Source: Patescibacteria group bacterium (lineage in GTDB: Bacteria; Patescibacteriota; Minisyncoccia; 2-02-FULL-40-12; IGHO2-01-FULL-4-A). From it: a DNA stretch of 60,030 nucleotides. The stretch is taken from NCBI GenBank assembly GCA_038061865.1, contig JBBTYI010000005.1:1-60030 (forward strand), written 5' to 3'. This document shows, piece after piece, positions 41,475-51,126 of the stretch. The position numbers and the translations under genes are program-made. Every line of letters starts with the position of its first letter. The first letter of the stretch is position 1. The notes under the pieces were generated by a model. It made no database searches and was not told the DNA's origin. It was given only the letters and a program-made list of their open reading frames with translations.

Positions 41475-41579
41475 AATTAAATGGATAACGCTTTTCATCA
41501 CCATTTGCAACCCCAGCGAGGTTGCTGCATTCCGTCAAAAGCGTGGATTCACCTCGCAGTGAAAAAAAAATTATACTGC

Positions 41580-42191
41580 TTAATTCTTTTGCTTGAATAC
41601 TCGCTGCCGTAAAATTACAAAGTTGACGGTAAGCGCGACCGCCGAGCCGATTACCGCACCGAGGTTAGCCCAGCGTTCGGGACTGAAGCCGGCCAGCGGT
41701 TTGATTAAATTGACTACCGCCGAAGCGGCGCCAATATTGATTGCAGCGGCAATGCCGGCGGCCACAACAAATTTGACAAACTCCCCCGCAATATTTTCAC
41801 GGCGCGAAGCAAACACCCAAGTCCGATTCCAAAAATAACTGTGGCTGACCGCGATCACCGCCGCCACTGTGCGGATACCGGCGTAAGCCGCGCCGCCGGT
41901 TACCCCGGTCAGTGCGATTTGTAGATTCAAAATGCCGAAATCCACCGCCGCGTTGGTAAAACCGATGGCCGAAAATTTTCCGAACTGACTGAAAAAAGCC
42001 AGCCACCGGCCCAACCAATAGCCCAGCCAGACGCCAATCACCCACAAAACCGGCACGGCAATTATCAGCCAAGCATAAGACCAGCCGTTAAACAGAGGCA
42101 GTTTGAGAAATCCGGCAACCAGCCAAGCGATCAGACCGGCATAAAAACCGGTAAACAGAGCAAACCAGAAATCTTTTTTAGTGAAGCTCAT
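41580..42191 (-). CDS. GtrA-family membrane protein with two extra N-terminal TM segments
   Basis: GKFSAIGFTNAAVDFGILNL...YFWNRTWVF is the GtrA-like signature. Confidence 0.75.
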   Translation of the reverse strand: MSFTKKDFWFALFTGFYAGLIAWLVAGFLKLPLFNGWSYAWLIIAVPVLWVIGVWLGYWLGRWLAFFSQFGKFSAIGFTNAAVDFGILNLQIALTGVTGGAAYAGIRTVAAVIAVSHSYFWNRTWVFASRRENIAGEFVKFVVAAGIAAAINIGAASAVVNLIKPLAGFSPERWANLGAVIGSAVALTVNFVILRQRVFKQKN

Positions 42192-42198
42192 AAAGAAA

Positions 42199-42876
42199 TC
42201 ACGCCGACAATTGTCGGCGGAACCGGGCTAGAAGTTCCCGCGCTCTAAAGGCCGACGCCGCCCAGGCCGCCAGTTTTACCTCAATCTCAAAAAGCCGGTT
42301 ATCGCCCTCGCCGGATTTGGGTTTAACGCTAAAAGTCATCAACCCCTGTTCGGTTTGATGGTTTAGGCCGGCGACGACGGTCCGGATTTGATTGAGATTA
42401 TCAAAAACCGGATTGAGTCGGATATGGGCGGCGTCGGCGGTGTAGTGGAAACTATCCGTAGCCGAGGCGTTCTCAAAATTAATCAAACTTACATTTTCCA
42501 CCTTGGCGATTTGAGCCGAAGGGAAATGGACAGTCAGAATCTCGCGGATGGAAAGTTCCTCTCCCGCCGGAAAATTAAGATAAAAACCGGTCATGCCTTG
42601 GCTCTGCAGAGCGGGGATTTGGACGGCTAAATGGGGTTCGCCGAGAATTAATTTATTCCAGCCCCGAATCCGACTGTGGCTGAATAAACCGATGACGCTC
42701 TTGAAAAAAACATTGGAGACAGTGGCCGCCATTGTCGGCACTTTCACCAGCAGGGTGCTAACACGGGCCGATTGGCGGGCTTGCCGCGCGGTTGTAAAAC
42801 CGCCGATCGCCACCAAACCGGCCACAGCCAAAAGTACTGATACTATTGCTAAACCCGCTAACGAGGCGATTTCCAT
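42199..42876 (-). CDS. hypothetical membrane-anchored protein
   Basis: 225-aa ORF with an N-terminal TM segment. I recognise no motif. Confidence 0.5.
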   Translation of the reverse strand: MEIASLAGLAIVSVLLAVAGLVAIGGFTTARQARQSARVSTLLVKVPTMAATVSNVFFKSVIGLFSHSRIRGWNKLILGEPHLAVQIPALQSQGMTGFYLNFPAGEELSIREILTVHFPSAQIAKVENVSLINFENASATDSFHYTADAAHIRLNPVFDNLNQIRTVVAGLNHQTEQGLMTFSVKPKSGEGDNRLFEIEVKLAAWAASAFRARELLARFRRQLSA

Positions 42877-42986
42877 TTCAATTTATTGTACTACCTTTCT
42901 TAGCGCAAGGCCACGGCGGGCAAAGCAATTCCCCGGCTTGTGGATACTCAAAGGCAGAGAACATTTTTTTGTGTTAAAATTAATCA

Positions 42987-44528
42987 ATGTCAAAACGCTG
43001 GTTTATCGTCCTCCTAATCTTAATTGTCGCGGCCGTTTTTCGTTTCCAGCATATTGGGTCAGTGCCGCCGGGGCTTTATCCGGATGAAGCGATGAACGGC
43101 AACAACGCGCTGGCAGCGCTGGAGACCGGCCCACCCGCCGGCGGATACAAAGTTTTCTATCCCGAAAACAACGGCCGCGAGGGATTGTTTATCGCTCTCC
43201 AAGCCCAGTCAATTAAATTTTTAGGGAATCAACCCTGGGCTTTGCGGCTGGTCTCGGCAATTTTTGGGGTGCTGACGGTGCTGGGTACGTATTTCCTGGC
43301 GGCTAAACTCTTTAATTGGCAGATTGGCGCTTTGTCCGGTTTTCTGCTGGCGATTTCATTTTGGCATACTTTGTTTTCGCGCATCGGCTTCCGGGCGATT
43401 ATGGCGCCGTTCTTCCTGGTCTGGGGTTTGTACTTTCTCTGGCGGGGTTTGCAAGGCGGACGACTGATCAATTTTGCCGTCAGTGGAATTCTCTGGGGCT
43501 TGGGTTTTTACACTTACATCGCTTTCCGGGCTATGCCTTTGGTTTTGATTTTGGTTTTGCTCGCCTACTGGGCGGCAGTGCACAAGGATTTTAGTCATGA
43601 AAAATATGTCTTTACCCGCGACCAAATGACCCGCGGGCTGGCGTTACTCTTAGTCGTTTTTATTTTGACGTTTTTGCCGCTGGGCTGGTATTTCTACAAT
43701 CATCCCGCCGATTTTTTCGGCCGCACCGGGCAACTGTCAATTTTCGCCTCGGGCGAAATTTTAAAAAATTTCTTGGCCAATACCGTTACCACTCTAGGCA
43801 TGTTCAATTTTGTCGGCGATTGGAACTGGCGGCATAATCTGGCCGGTCAACCCCTGCTTTTCTGGCCAATCGGCGTATTTTTCGCCGCCGGGTTTCTGCG
43901 TGCGTGGTTCAAGCTTTGGCGGGCTTACAAAAAGCATGGCCATTTCTCCACGGTCCAGACATTACTTTTATCCTGGTTTTTGGTCGGCCTTTTGCCGGTA
44001 ATTTTTTCCAACGAAGGTCTGCCCCACGCCTTGCGGGCGATTATTGTGGCGCCGGTAGTGTTTATTTTCGCCGGCGAGGGTTTGTGGTGGGTTTACGATA
44101 TGACCCGCGATTGGGCGTTCCAACCCCGATATTGGCTGGGCGTTAAGCCATCTCCCGCTGCCATTTCCGGTTCCGCCATTGCCCTGCTGGCCGTGCTAAT
44201 TATCCTCACTATTTCCGCCTATGCCGAATACGACAAATATTTCAACCGCTGGGCAACCAGCCCTAACGTTGCCGACGCTTTCGCGCAAAATTATCTTGAG
44301 CTTGGTCAACGCCTAAACGGGATGCCGACTAATATCAAAAAATATGTCTTAGTTAACACCGGCGGCGTCTTGGTTAATAATATTCCGATGCCGGCCCAGA
44401 CGGTAATGTTTATCACCGACACTTATGCCGCGGATAAACAAACAGCCCAAAATATTTACTACCTTACCGAGGAACAATTCCGAAAAGGACAATACGATCA
44501 CCGCGGAGTAATATTGCCGCTGGAATGA
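42987..44528 (+). CDS. GT-C fold glycosyltransferase (family 39 / ArnT / PMT_2-like)
   Basis: It is polytopic. The first-loop motif LYPDEAMNGNNA is a DE-type motif typical of ArnT/PMT-like enzymes. Confidence 0.8.
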   Translation: MSKRWFIVLLILIVAAVFRFQHIGSVPPGLYPDEAMNGNNALAALETGPPAGGYKVFYPENNGREGLFIALQAQSIKFLGNQPWALRLVSAIFGVLTVLGTYFLAAKLFNWQIGALSGFLLAISFWHTLFSRIGFRAIMAPFFLVWGLYFLWRGLQGGRLINFAVSGILWGLGFYTYIAFRAMPLVLILVLLAYWAAVHKDFSHEKYVFTRDQMTRGLALLLVVFILTFLPLGWYFYNHPADFFGRTGQLSIFASGEILKNFLANTVTTLGMFNFVGDWNWRHNLAGQPLLFWPIGVFFAAGFLRAWFKLWRAYKKHGHFSTVQTLLLSWFLVGLLPVIFSNEGLPHALRAIIVAPVVFIFAGEGLWWVYDMTRDWAFQPRYWLGVKPSPAAISGSAIALLAVLIILTISAYAEYDKYFNRWATSPNVADAFAQNYLELGQRLNGMPTNIKKYVLVNTGGVLVNNIPMPAQTVMFITDTYAADKQTAQNIYYLTEEQFRKGQYDHRGVILPLE

Positions 44529-46288
44529 CTAAGCATCAAAAAATAAAAATTTTTGCGGCGGTAATGATTATCATTGCGAGCATACTAGCCATCACCTCCG
44601 CCTGGGATGACTCGGTCATTGTGGATGAAGTGCCGCATATCGGCGCCGGCTATTCATATCTAGTCAAACAGGATATGCGGCTCAACCCAGAGCATCCGCC
44701 GCTGGCCAAAGATCTGGCGGCCATCCCCCTGTTTTTCCTGAATCTCAAACAGGACGCTTTTCAAACTCGTTTTTGGCAGAGTGACCTCAACGGCCAGTGG
44801 GAATTCGGTCGTTCTCTAATGTTCGGCTCGGGCAACGACGCCGACCTGATCAAACACGCCGCTAAACTGCCGATGTTAGTATTTTTTGTTTTGGCGGCGG
44901 TTTTGGTTTTTGTCTGGAGCCGACGGCTTTATGGCGACCTGGGAGCGATTATTGCACTGATTTTATTTTCTTTTTCCACGACCATTATGGCACACGCCCG
45001 GTTTGTGACCACCGATGTGCCGGCGTTGTTCGGCGTTTTACTGGCGACTTATTTTTTTATCAAGTTTTTACACCAGCCAAGCCGGAAAAATATTTTAATC
45101 AGCGGTTTGACTCTGGGTATCGCTTTACTGACCAAATTTTCCACTTTTCTCCTTATCCCCTATTTTATTCTACTGGTGTTTGCATTTTGGTTAATTTACA
45201 AATCCCGACCACCGTCCATCGTCTATCGTTTACTATCGGTTCTGATTATCGCCTTTATCTTTATTATCTGGCCGGTTTATTATTTCCACACCTATAATTA
45301 CCCGCCCGAGCGCCAGCGCCAAGACACCGAAACCCTGCTTAGTTCATTCGGCAACCGGACAGCGGCCGACGCCGTTGTCTGGCTATCAGACAAACCGGTG
45401 ATCCGGGCTCTGGGCCAATACGGGCTTGGCTTGCTGATGGTTACCCAGCGCGCCACTGGCGGCAACACCACCTATTTTCTGGGCGAGGTTTCGGCCAGCG
45501 GCTGGAAAAATTATTTTCCGGTTGTCTATTTTTTGAAAGAACCGCTGGCGTGGTGGGGACTGGTTATCATTGCGCTAGCCGCAACGATGACGAAACTTAA
45601 AAGCTTAAAGTTTAAAGAGTGGCTAAGAAACCACTTTGTTGAATTTGCGATGTTATTATGGCTGGTAATTTATTGGGGCACCAGTATTAAGGGCAACCTT
45701 AATATCGGGGTCAGGCATCTTTTACCGACCTACAGCTTTGCTATCATACTCGTCTCTGGCCAAGTCGCAAAAAGTATTAAGTATTTGGCGTCAAGTATTA
45801 AGCGAAAAGTGCTGCTTAATACTTACTACTTAATACTGGCTACTCTCTTGGGTTGGTACGTCTTTGAGAACCTCTCCGTCTATCCCTACTATCTCACCTA
45901 CTTCAATCAAGCCGGCGGCGGGCCGAGCGGCGGTTATCGCTATGTCGTTGATTCAAATCTGGACTGGGGACAGGACTTGTTGCGCTTGGGCCGATGGGTC
46001 AAAGAAAACAATATCCAAAAAATTGAACTGGATTATTTCGGCTGGGCCGACCCGGCCTATTATCTGGGCGACCGATTCATTTGGCTGACCTCCAGCAAGT
46101 ACAAAGATGCTGCCGATTTCATCGGACGCAATCAATCGGACGGCTGGCTGGCGGTATCGGCAACATTTTTACAGGGCTCGCGGGGCACGCCCGACAAGCC
46201 GGCGCCGATAAATTACGACAACTGGCTTAAAGCCCGCCAGCCCGTCACCGTCATCGGTAATTCAATTTTTGTGTATCAGATAAAGTAG
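44525..46288 (+). CDS. GT-C fold glycosyltransferase (family 39-like, phospholipid-carrier dependent)
   Basis: It is polytopic. The first loop reads DSVIVDEVPHIGAGYSY. There is a 4-nt ATGA overlap with the upstream paralog. Confidence 0.8.
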   Translation: MTKHQKIKIFAAVMIIIASILAITSAWDDSVIVDEVPHIGAGYSYLVKQDMRLNPEHPPLAKDLAAIPLFFLNLKQDAFQTRFWQSDLNGQWEFGRSLMFGSGNDADLIKHAAKLPMLVFFVLAAVLVFVWSRRLYGDLGAIIALILFSFSTTIMAHARFVTTDVPALFGVLLATYFFIKFLHQPSRKNILISGLTLGIALLTKFSTFLLIPYFILLVFAFWLIYKSRPPSIVYRLLSVLIIAFIFIIWPVYYFHTYNYPPERQRQDTETLLSSFGNRTAADAVVWLSDKPVIRALGQYGLGLLMVTQRATGGNTTYFLGEVSASGWKNYFPVVYFLKEPLAWWGLVIIALAATMTKLKSLKFKEWLRNHFVEFAMLLWLVIYWGTSIKGNLNIGVRHLLPTYSFAIILVSGQVAKSIKYLASSIKRKVLLNTYYLILATLLGWYVFENLSVYPYYLTYFNQAGGGPSGGYRYVVDSNLDWGQDLLRLGRWVKENNIQKIELDYFGWADPAYYLGDRFIWLTSSKYKDAADFIGRNQSDGWLAVSATFLQGSRGTPDKPAPINYDNWLKARQPVTVIGNSIFVYQIK

Positions 46289-46352
46289 CCCTCTGCAAAA
46301 GATGAGATACATAAGTAACACTATGTATCTCATCTTTTGCAGAGGGCTACTT
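46283..46352. repeat. 31-bp perfect inverted repeat (46283-46313 / 46322-46352, 8-nt loop) that contains the stop codon of the GT39-like gene
   Basis: aagtagccctctgcaaaagatgagatacata agtaacac tatgtatctcatcttttgcagagggctactt, verified base by base. Confidence 0.85.
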
Positions 46353-46402
46353 CGCCAAATGGCGAGATAGTCAACACTTATTTTTGTGCGTAATAGTGGC
46401 CC

Positions 46403-46431
46403 TTGCCAACGTTCTTAGAATAAAATATAAT
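46403..46431 (+). promoter_or_regulatory. near-consensus sigma-70-type promoter (TTGCCA-17-TATAAT)
   Basis: ttgcca acgttcttagaataaaa tataat. It is followed by a ~60-nt leader with two hairpins (gcctgtg/cacgggc and tcgttg/caacga), then the ATG at 46502. Confidence 0.65.
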
Positions 46432-46501
46432 ACTCTTGCCTGTGTGGGTGCACGGGCATAGTTCGTTGTACAACGAAAACAATCAAATAAGGGATGATGT
46501 T

Positions 46502-46732
46502 ATGGCTAGGGAAAAAATTTCAATGCTCACTCTCGACATCAACCCTGCCCAGGCGACACCGCGGCAGGTCTATGAAATGGCAACGACGCTCCGGAGAATG
46601 CGGGCAGATCGCAGACTTTCGGAAACCAGGAAATTCCAGGCAGAGGCTCGTTTGAGAGAGCTAATGCGAGACCCTGATTTTCGAGAGAAAATGGAAACCG
46701 CAACGCGCTGCGCTAGCCGTCCCCGTGTTTGA
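46502..46732 (+). CDS. hypothetical small basic protein
   Basis: 76 aa starting at the internal ATG (MAREKISMLTLDINPAQ...). It is Arg-rich and predicted helical. I recognise no motif. Confidence 0.5.
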   Translation: MAREKISMLTLDINPAQATPRQVYEMATTLRRMRADRRLSETRKFQAEARLRELMRDPDFREKMETATRCASRPRV

Positions 46733-46754
46733 ATTCTTTACGGTCTGAGACCTT

Positions 46755-46791
46755 AAAAAAACCCGAGCCACCAAGCAGTAACTGGCGGCTC
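46755..46791 (-). terminator. intrinsic terminator downstream of the ftsQ-like gene
   Basis: The reverse strand reads gagccgcc agttactgctt ggtggctc ggg ttttttt. Confidence 0.65.
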
Positions 46792-46793
46792 TT

Positions 46794-47627
46794 CTATTTC
46801 CAGTAAATCCGGTCCTGGATGCGCAAGTCAACATATTGCAGTTTGGCCCGCTGGCCTTTAGTCAGTTTATTTTTCAGCAGATTAATCAGTGAATTGATTT
46901 GCTGGGGGATGTTTGTGCCGTTATTGAACAAAATCTGCCAGTTTGCCCGGGCGTCAGACCGGTCTTCCACCACGCGGGCGCTGAATTCATTGAGTGAATT
47001 GTCAGGGATGCTGAAACTGGCAATTTCCAGACCGTTTTTTTGCAGTAACTCTTTGGCGCCGATAATATTATTGAGCCAATCTTTAGACGCCACGGCCGAG
47101 CCGATTTTCATCTCGCGTTCGCGCCGGTCATTAACCAAGGTCAGGATAAATCCCTCCGAAACCCCGGCTTTTTCATAGGCAACCGTGTTTTTGTCAAAAA
47201 AATAACATTCCTGTTTCCAGGTCAAACACCAGACGCCGATTGGTCTTCTTTCAATAATATTTATTTTCAGTTTGTGCCGGGACTCGCGCCGGATTTCCAG
47301 TGACTCAATTCTCGGCAAACTTCCGATGAGCTTCGCGCTCAACTGGGCCGGCGAAAAGATCACTGAATTGCTGCGGTGCCGGAAAACAAAGCTTTTCTCA
47401 TCCAGCCATGAGCTCACTACTTGTTCTGTGTCGGCCTTGACGCTATCCGCCGAGCCGTTGATTTCAACCGCTCTGATTTCAAACAATCCGGCGAAAAAGA
47501 GCAAATAAACCGCCAGCCCGGCCAATAAAAAAACTGCTCCGGCAAGCAGCCCGAGCTTTTTCAGGCGCCACCGGCGTTTTTTCAGGCGCAATTGGTCTTG
47601 GAATTGATGAGGCCGTAAACTAGTCAC
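46794..47627 (-). CDS. ftsQ: FtsQ/DivIB-type cell-division protein (POTRA domain)
   Basis: A TM anchor, then FEIRAVEINGS (the POTRA start). Size and architecture fit FtsQ. Confidence 0.7.
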   Translation of the reverse strand: MTSLRPHQFQDQLRLKKRRWRLKKLGLLAGAVFLLAGLAVYLLFFAGLFEIRAVEINGSADSVKADTEQVVSSWLDEKSFVFRHRSNSVIFSPAQLSAKLIGSLPRIESLEIRRESRHKLKINIIERRPIGVWCLTWKQECYFFDKNTVAYEKAGVSEGFILTLVNDRREREMKIGSAVASKDWLNNIIGAKELLQKNGLEIASFSIPDNSLNEFSARVVEDRSDARANWQILFNNGTNIPQQINSLINLLKNKLTKGQRAKLQYVDLRIQDRIYWK

Positions 47628-48918
47628 CGGTCACTGGTTGTTTTATTTCCTTAATTCCGCAATATTTCTGCAAAATCTTCGGTACCTTAACAGTCCCCTG
47701 TTCGGTCTGGTAATTTTCCATAATGGCGATCAAGGTCCGGCCGGCAAAAACTGTCGCATCGTTCATGTGGACAAATTCGTTTTTACTGCTCCGCTTGACT
47801 CTGGTATTGAGCCGGCGGGCCTGGTAGTCGGTCATCAAATCGGCGGTGTGAGTCTCTCGATATTGATTTTGTCCGGGCAACCAGGTCTCAATATCAATTT
47901 GCCGCGCGTCCGGACCGCCCATATCACCGGTGCAGATCATCACCACCTGATAGGGCAGTTCCAACGACTGCATCAAATACTCCTGAATGGCCACGAAAAA
48001 GTTTTGTTCATCAACAGAATTTTCCGAAACGGTGAATGATTCCATCTCCACTTTGTCAAATTGATGAACCCGCAGAATACCTCTGACGTCTTTGCCGTAA
48101 CTGCCGGCTTCACGCCGAAAAGCAGTAGAGAAACCGACATAGCGTATAGGTAATTGATTTTCCGGAATCGTCTCGCCCATGTGCAGCGGCCCGAGCGTGT
48201 GCTCGGCGCTGCCGACCAGATAGATATCATCGCTGGCGACATAATATCTTTCTTCTTTCGGCTCCAGCCGCGCCATTTTCTGAAAAACGTTCGGCCGGAT
48301 CATCACCGGCGGCATCACCGGCACAAACGGTTTAGCTGGTATCTTCAGCCCGGCTTTTTTGATTATTTTTTTCAAAATATCCTCGTCGGTAAGCGCCGCT
48401 AAAGCGTATTGAACCAGCGCAAATTCCAAGAACACCAAGTCACCTTTCAAGTACGAAAACCTAGTCCCGGAGACTTCCGCCGCTTTTTCAGTGTCAATAA
48501 TATCCAGTTCTTTGCCCAGCTGCCAGTGCTCTTTGGGCTTAAAATTAAATGACGGCAGCTTGCCCCACTGGCGGATGACTTTGTTGGCCGACGCGTCCGA
48601 CCCGACGGGCGTGTCCGCACTGGGAATATTGGGCACAGCCCAAAGCAACTTATTAAGTTCTTCCTCCGCCCGCCCCAATTCTTCTCCCAGAATTTTAATT
48701 TCGTCCTTGAATTTTTTTAGCGCTTCAATTTCTTCCGGACTCGGTTTCTCTCCTGATCTTTTATTCTGCTCCGCCCGCTTGGCTTCCAATTCGGTCATAA
48801 CGTGCCTTTTCCGTTCATCCAAAGCCAGCAATTGGTCAACGTCAACCTCGGCCCGTTTATCTTTGACGGCTTTTTTAACTATTTCCGGATTCTGACGAAT
48901 AAACTTTATATTCAACAT
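47620..48918 (-). CDS. serS: serine--tRNA ligase
   Basis: The N-terminus is MLNIKFIRQNPEIVKKAVKDK. It is followed by a coiled-coil arm, then class II motifs (FRREAGSYGKDVRGILRVHQFDKVE and GRTLIAIMENYQ). Confidence 0.95.
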   Translation of the reverse strand: MLNIKFIRQNPEIVKKAVKDKRAEVDVDQLLALDERKRHVMTELEAKRAEQNKRSGEKPSPEEIEALKKFKDEIKILGEELGRAEEELNKLLWAVPNIPSADTPVGSDASANKVIRQWGKLPSFNFKPKEHWQLGKELDIIDTEKAAEVSGTRFSYLKGDLVFLEFALVQYALAALTDEDILKKIIKKAGLKIPAKPFVPVMPPVMIRPNVFQKMARLEPKEERYYVASDDIYLVGSAEHTLGPLHMGETIPENQLPIRYVGFSTAFRREAGSYGKDVRGILRVHQFDKVEMESFTVSENSVDEQNFFVAIQEYLMQSLELPYQVVMICTGDMGGPDARQIDIETWLPGQNQYRETHTADLMTDYQARRLNTRVKRSSKNEFVHMNDATVFAGRTLIAIMENYQTEQGTVKVPKILQKYCGIKEIKQPVTGD

Positions 48919-48930
48919 AATTATTTTAAC

Positions 48931-48961
48931 AAGTCAATTGAGGACTACCCTCAATTGACTT
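48931..48961. other. 13-bp perfect hairpin between the lysS stop and the serS start
   Basis: aagtcaattgagg actac cctcaattgactt. No U-tract follows on either strand. Confidence 0.6.
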
Positions 48962-48967
48962 AATTCA

Positions 48968-50425
48968 CTATTTTGGTTTCATTAATGGAAACAATATTAC
49001 CTCTCTAATACCATGGCTATCTGTCAGCAAAGCCACCAATCTATCAATCCCCAACCCCCAGCCGGCGGCCGGCGGCATGCCGTATTCCAGCGCTTCAATG
49101 AAATCTTCATCCATTCTCTGCGCTTCCTCATCACCCTTCGCCCGCTTATTTTCTTGCGCCTTGAATCTTTCCCGTTGGTCAACCGGGTCATTTAATTCGG
49201 AAAAGGCCTTGATCATTTCAAACCCGCCGGCAAAAAATTGAAAAGCGCCGACATAATTGGGATTCGACAACTTTTTCGCCAGCGGCAGCATTTCCACCGG
49301 ATAATCGCGGACAAAGGTTGGGGGCGCCAGTTTAGGCCGGATCTGCTTTTTGAATATTTCATCCGCCAGCGTCGCCCGGTTAGCGTGTTTTTCAACGGTA
49401 AGGCCGAGGGCTTTTACTTTTTCAGCCAAGTCCTTTTCCGAAGCGGTGTCATAGTCAATCCCGGTATGTTCCTTTAATAAGTTCCCGAAGGTTGCTCTTT
49501 TGAAGGGCTTGGCAAAATTTATTTCTTTTTCCTGATATTTGATTTTAGTATTGCCAAAAATATTTTCCAGCACAAAAATAAACATATCCTCGGTAAAACC
49601 CATCAGCCAGTCCAAATCCCGGTAAGCGGCGTAAAACTCCAAACCGGAGTATTCCGGGTTATGGTCGCGATCCATCCCCTCATTGCGGAAATTAGTGGTA
49701 AATTCAAACACTTTCTCAAAACCGCCCACTAATAAACGCTTCAGATAAAGTTCCGGCGCGATGCGTAAAAAAACATCAATATCCAACGCGTTCAGGTGCG
49801 TTTTGAATGGCCGGGCCGAAGCGCCGCCGTAGAGCGGTTGGAGCGTGGGCGTGGCCACTTCCAAAAATCCGTGCTGCTGCAAAAAGTTTCTCAACTGCTT
49901 AATGATCTCCGACCGGGTTTTAAAGTTTTCTCTGACCGCGGGATTGAAAATCAGATCCAGATAGCGTTTGCGAAATCTTTCTTCCACGTCCTGCAAGCCG
50001 TGCCATTTCTCCGGCAGGGGCAGAAGCGACTTGGCCAGCATCCGCCAGCTTTGGGCTTCCAGCGTCGGTTCAGCTTTTTTGGTTTTAAACAGAAAACCCT
50101 TGGCTTCAATAAAATCACCGATGTCAACCGTCTCTATGAAAAGCCGGAAGGTATCGTCGCCTAAAACGTCTTTTTTGAAATATATTTGAATCCGGCCCGT
50201 GCTGTCCTCCACATCCAAAAATACCGAACCGCCATGCTCGCGCTTGGCCATCACCCGCCCGGCCAGAACAATTATTTTTTTCTCGCTAGCCAGCGCGTCA
50301 AAATCTTCCAGCGCTTGGTTTATTTCATGCGTCCGTTCCGAAACCGCCGGATAAGGGTCAATACCGGCTTTTTTGAGCTTCGCCAATTTCTCCAGCCGGG
50401 CTTGTTTAATGTCATCCAGAGGCAT
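48968..50425 (-). CDS. lysS: lysine--tRNA ligase (class II)
   Basis: An OB-fold N-domain, then ...FRNEGMDRDHNPEYSGLEFY...GGFEMIKAFSELNDP...GWGLGIDRLVALL. I chose the ATG at 50425. Confidence 0.95.
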   Translation of the reverse strand: MPLDDIKQARLEKLAKLKKAGIDPYPAVSERTHEINQALEDFDALASEKKIIVLAGRVMAKREHGGSVFLDVEDSTGRIQIYFKKDVLGDDTFRLFIETVDIGDFIEAKGFLFKTKKAEPTLEAQSWRMLAKSLLPLPEKWHGLQDVEERFRKRYLDLIFNPAVRENFKTRSEIIKQLRNFLQQHGFLEVATPTLQPLYGGASARPFKTHLNALDIDVFLRIAPELYLKRLLVGGFEKVFEFTTNFRNEGMDRDHNPEYSGLEFYAAYRDLDWLMGFTEDMFIFVLENIFGNTKIKYQEKEINFAKPFKRATFGNLLKEHTGIDYDTASEKDLAEKVKALGLTVEKHANRATLADEIFKKQIRPKLAPPTFVRDYPVEMLPLAKKLSNPNYVGAFQFFAGGFEMIKAFSELNDPVDQRERFKAQENKRAKGDEEAQRMDEDFIEALEYGMPPAAGWGLGIDRLVALLTDSHGIREVILFPLMKPK

Positions 50426-50506
50426 GGCTAAAGCATAACAAAAACTGCCGTAAATATAAATGCCGTCGGGGCACGCTACTGCCATTATGCGATGGTGGCA
50501 AACTAA

Positions 50507-50962
50507 TTATGCTATCTCCAGAATCTTATACTCCACCACTCCCCCCGGCGTTTTCACTTCCACTTCCTCGCCTTTTTTATGCCCGATAAAAGCGCTGCCC
50601 AGCGGCGACTCGTTGGAGATGAAACCTTGCGTCGGATCGGATTCGGCCGGACCGACAATGGTAAACCGATGTTCGCCCTGCGGCGATTTAACGCGGACGG
50701 TCGAACCGACTACGATAATATCGTGAGTATTGCCATTGCTTATGACGACGGCTTCTTTGATAATTTCTTCCAATTCAGCAATCCGCCCCTCGTTGAAACT
50801 TTGGGCTTCTTTGGCCTCAACGTACTCGGCGTTCTCCGACAGATCGCCCAGTTCTTTGGCAGCTAAAATCTTTCTGGTAATTTCCGTCCGGATTTGGCCT
50901 TTGCGTTCCTCCAGTTCTTTCTTCAATTTTCCCAAACCGTCGCGGCTAAGATATTGCGGCAT
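50507..50962 (-). CDS. greA: transcription elongation factor GreA
   Basis: KLKKELEERK...AKELGDLSENAEYVEAKEAQ...VSNESPLGSAFIGHKKGEEVEV. Confidence 0.95.
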   Translation of the reverse strand: MPQYLSRDGLGKLKKELEERKGQIRTEITRKILAAKELGDLSENAEYVEAKEAQSFNEGRIAELEEIIKEAVVISNGNTHDIIVVGSTVRVKSPQGEHRFTIVGPAESDPTQGFISNESPLGSAFIGHKKGEEVEVKTPGGVVEYKILEIA

Positions 50963-51126
50963 AATATTTAATCAAAGATTATAGCATAAGCGAACCATTT
51001 GACTATTTCAAGATGTGGACAACAAAAGAGCCAAAAGCGCAAAGTACAATTCCAGCTGTAAAATTAGCCAAGCATATGCCTGTTTAGTTTTACACTTTGC
51101 GTTTCAAGTTTGTTTTAAGCTTTAGG

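Noticed and set aside
41475-41579. A possible SRP (4.5S) RNA upstream of dnaX, which is the classic ffs-dnaX linkage. The lead was the hairpin gcgaggt...acctcgc containing GGAAUGCAGCA.
   Set aside because: There is only a 7-bp stem. There is no GNAR tetraloop or symmetric/asymmetric loop pattern of SRP domain IV, and the region is too short (about 60 nt). I treated it as a dnaX leader hairpin downstream of a TATAAT box (41570-41575, minus strand). A cmscan would settle it.
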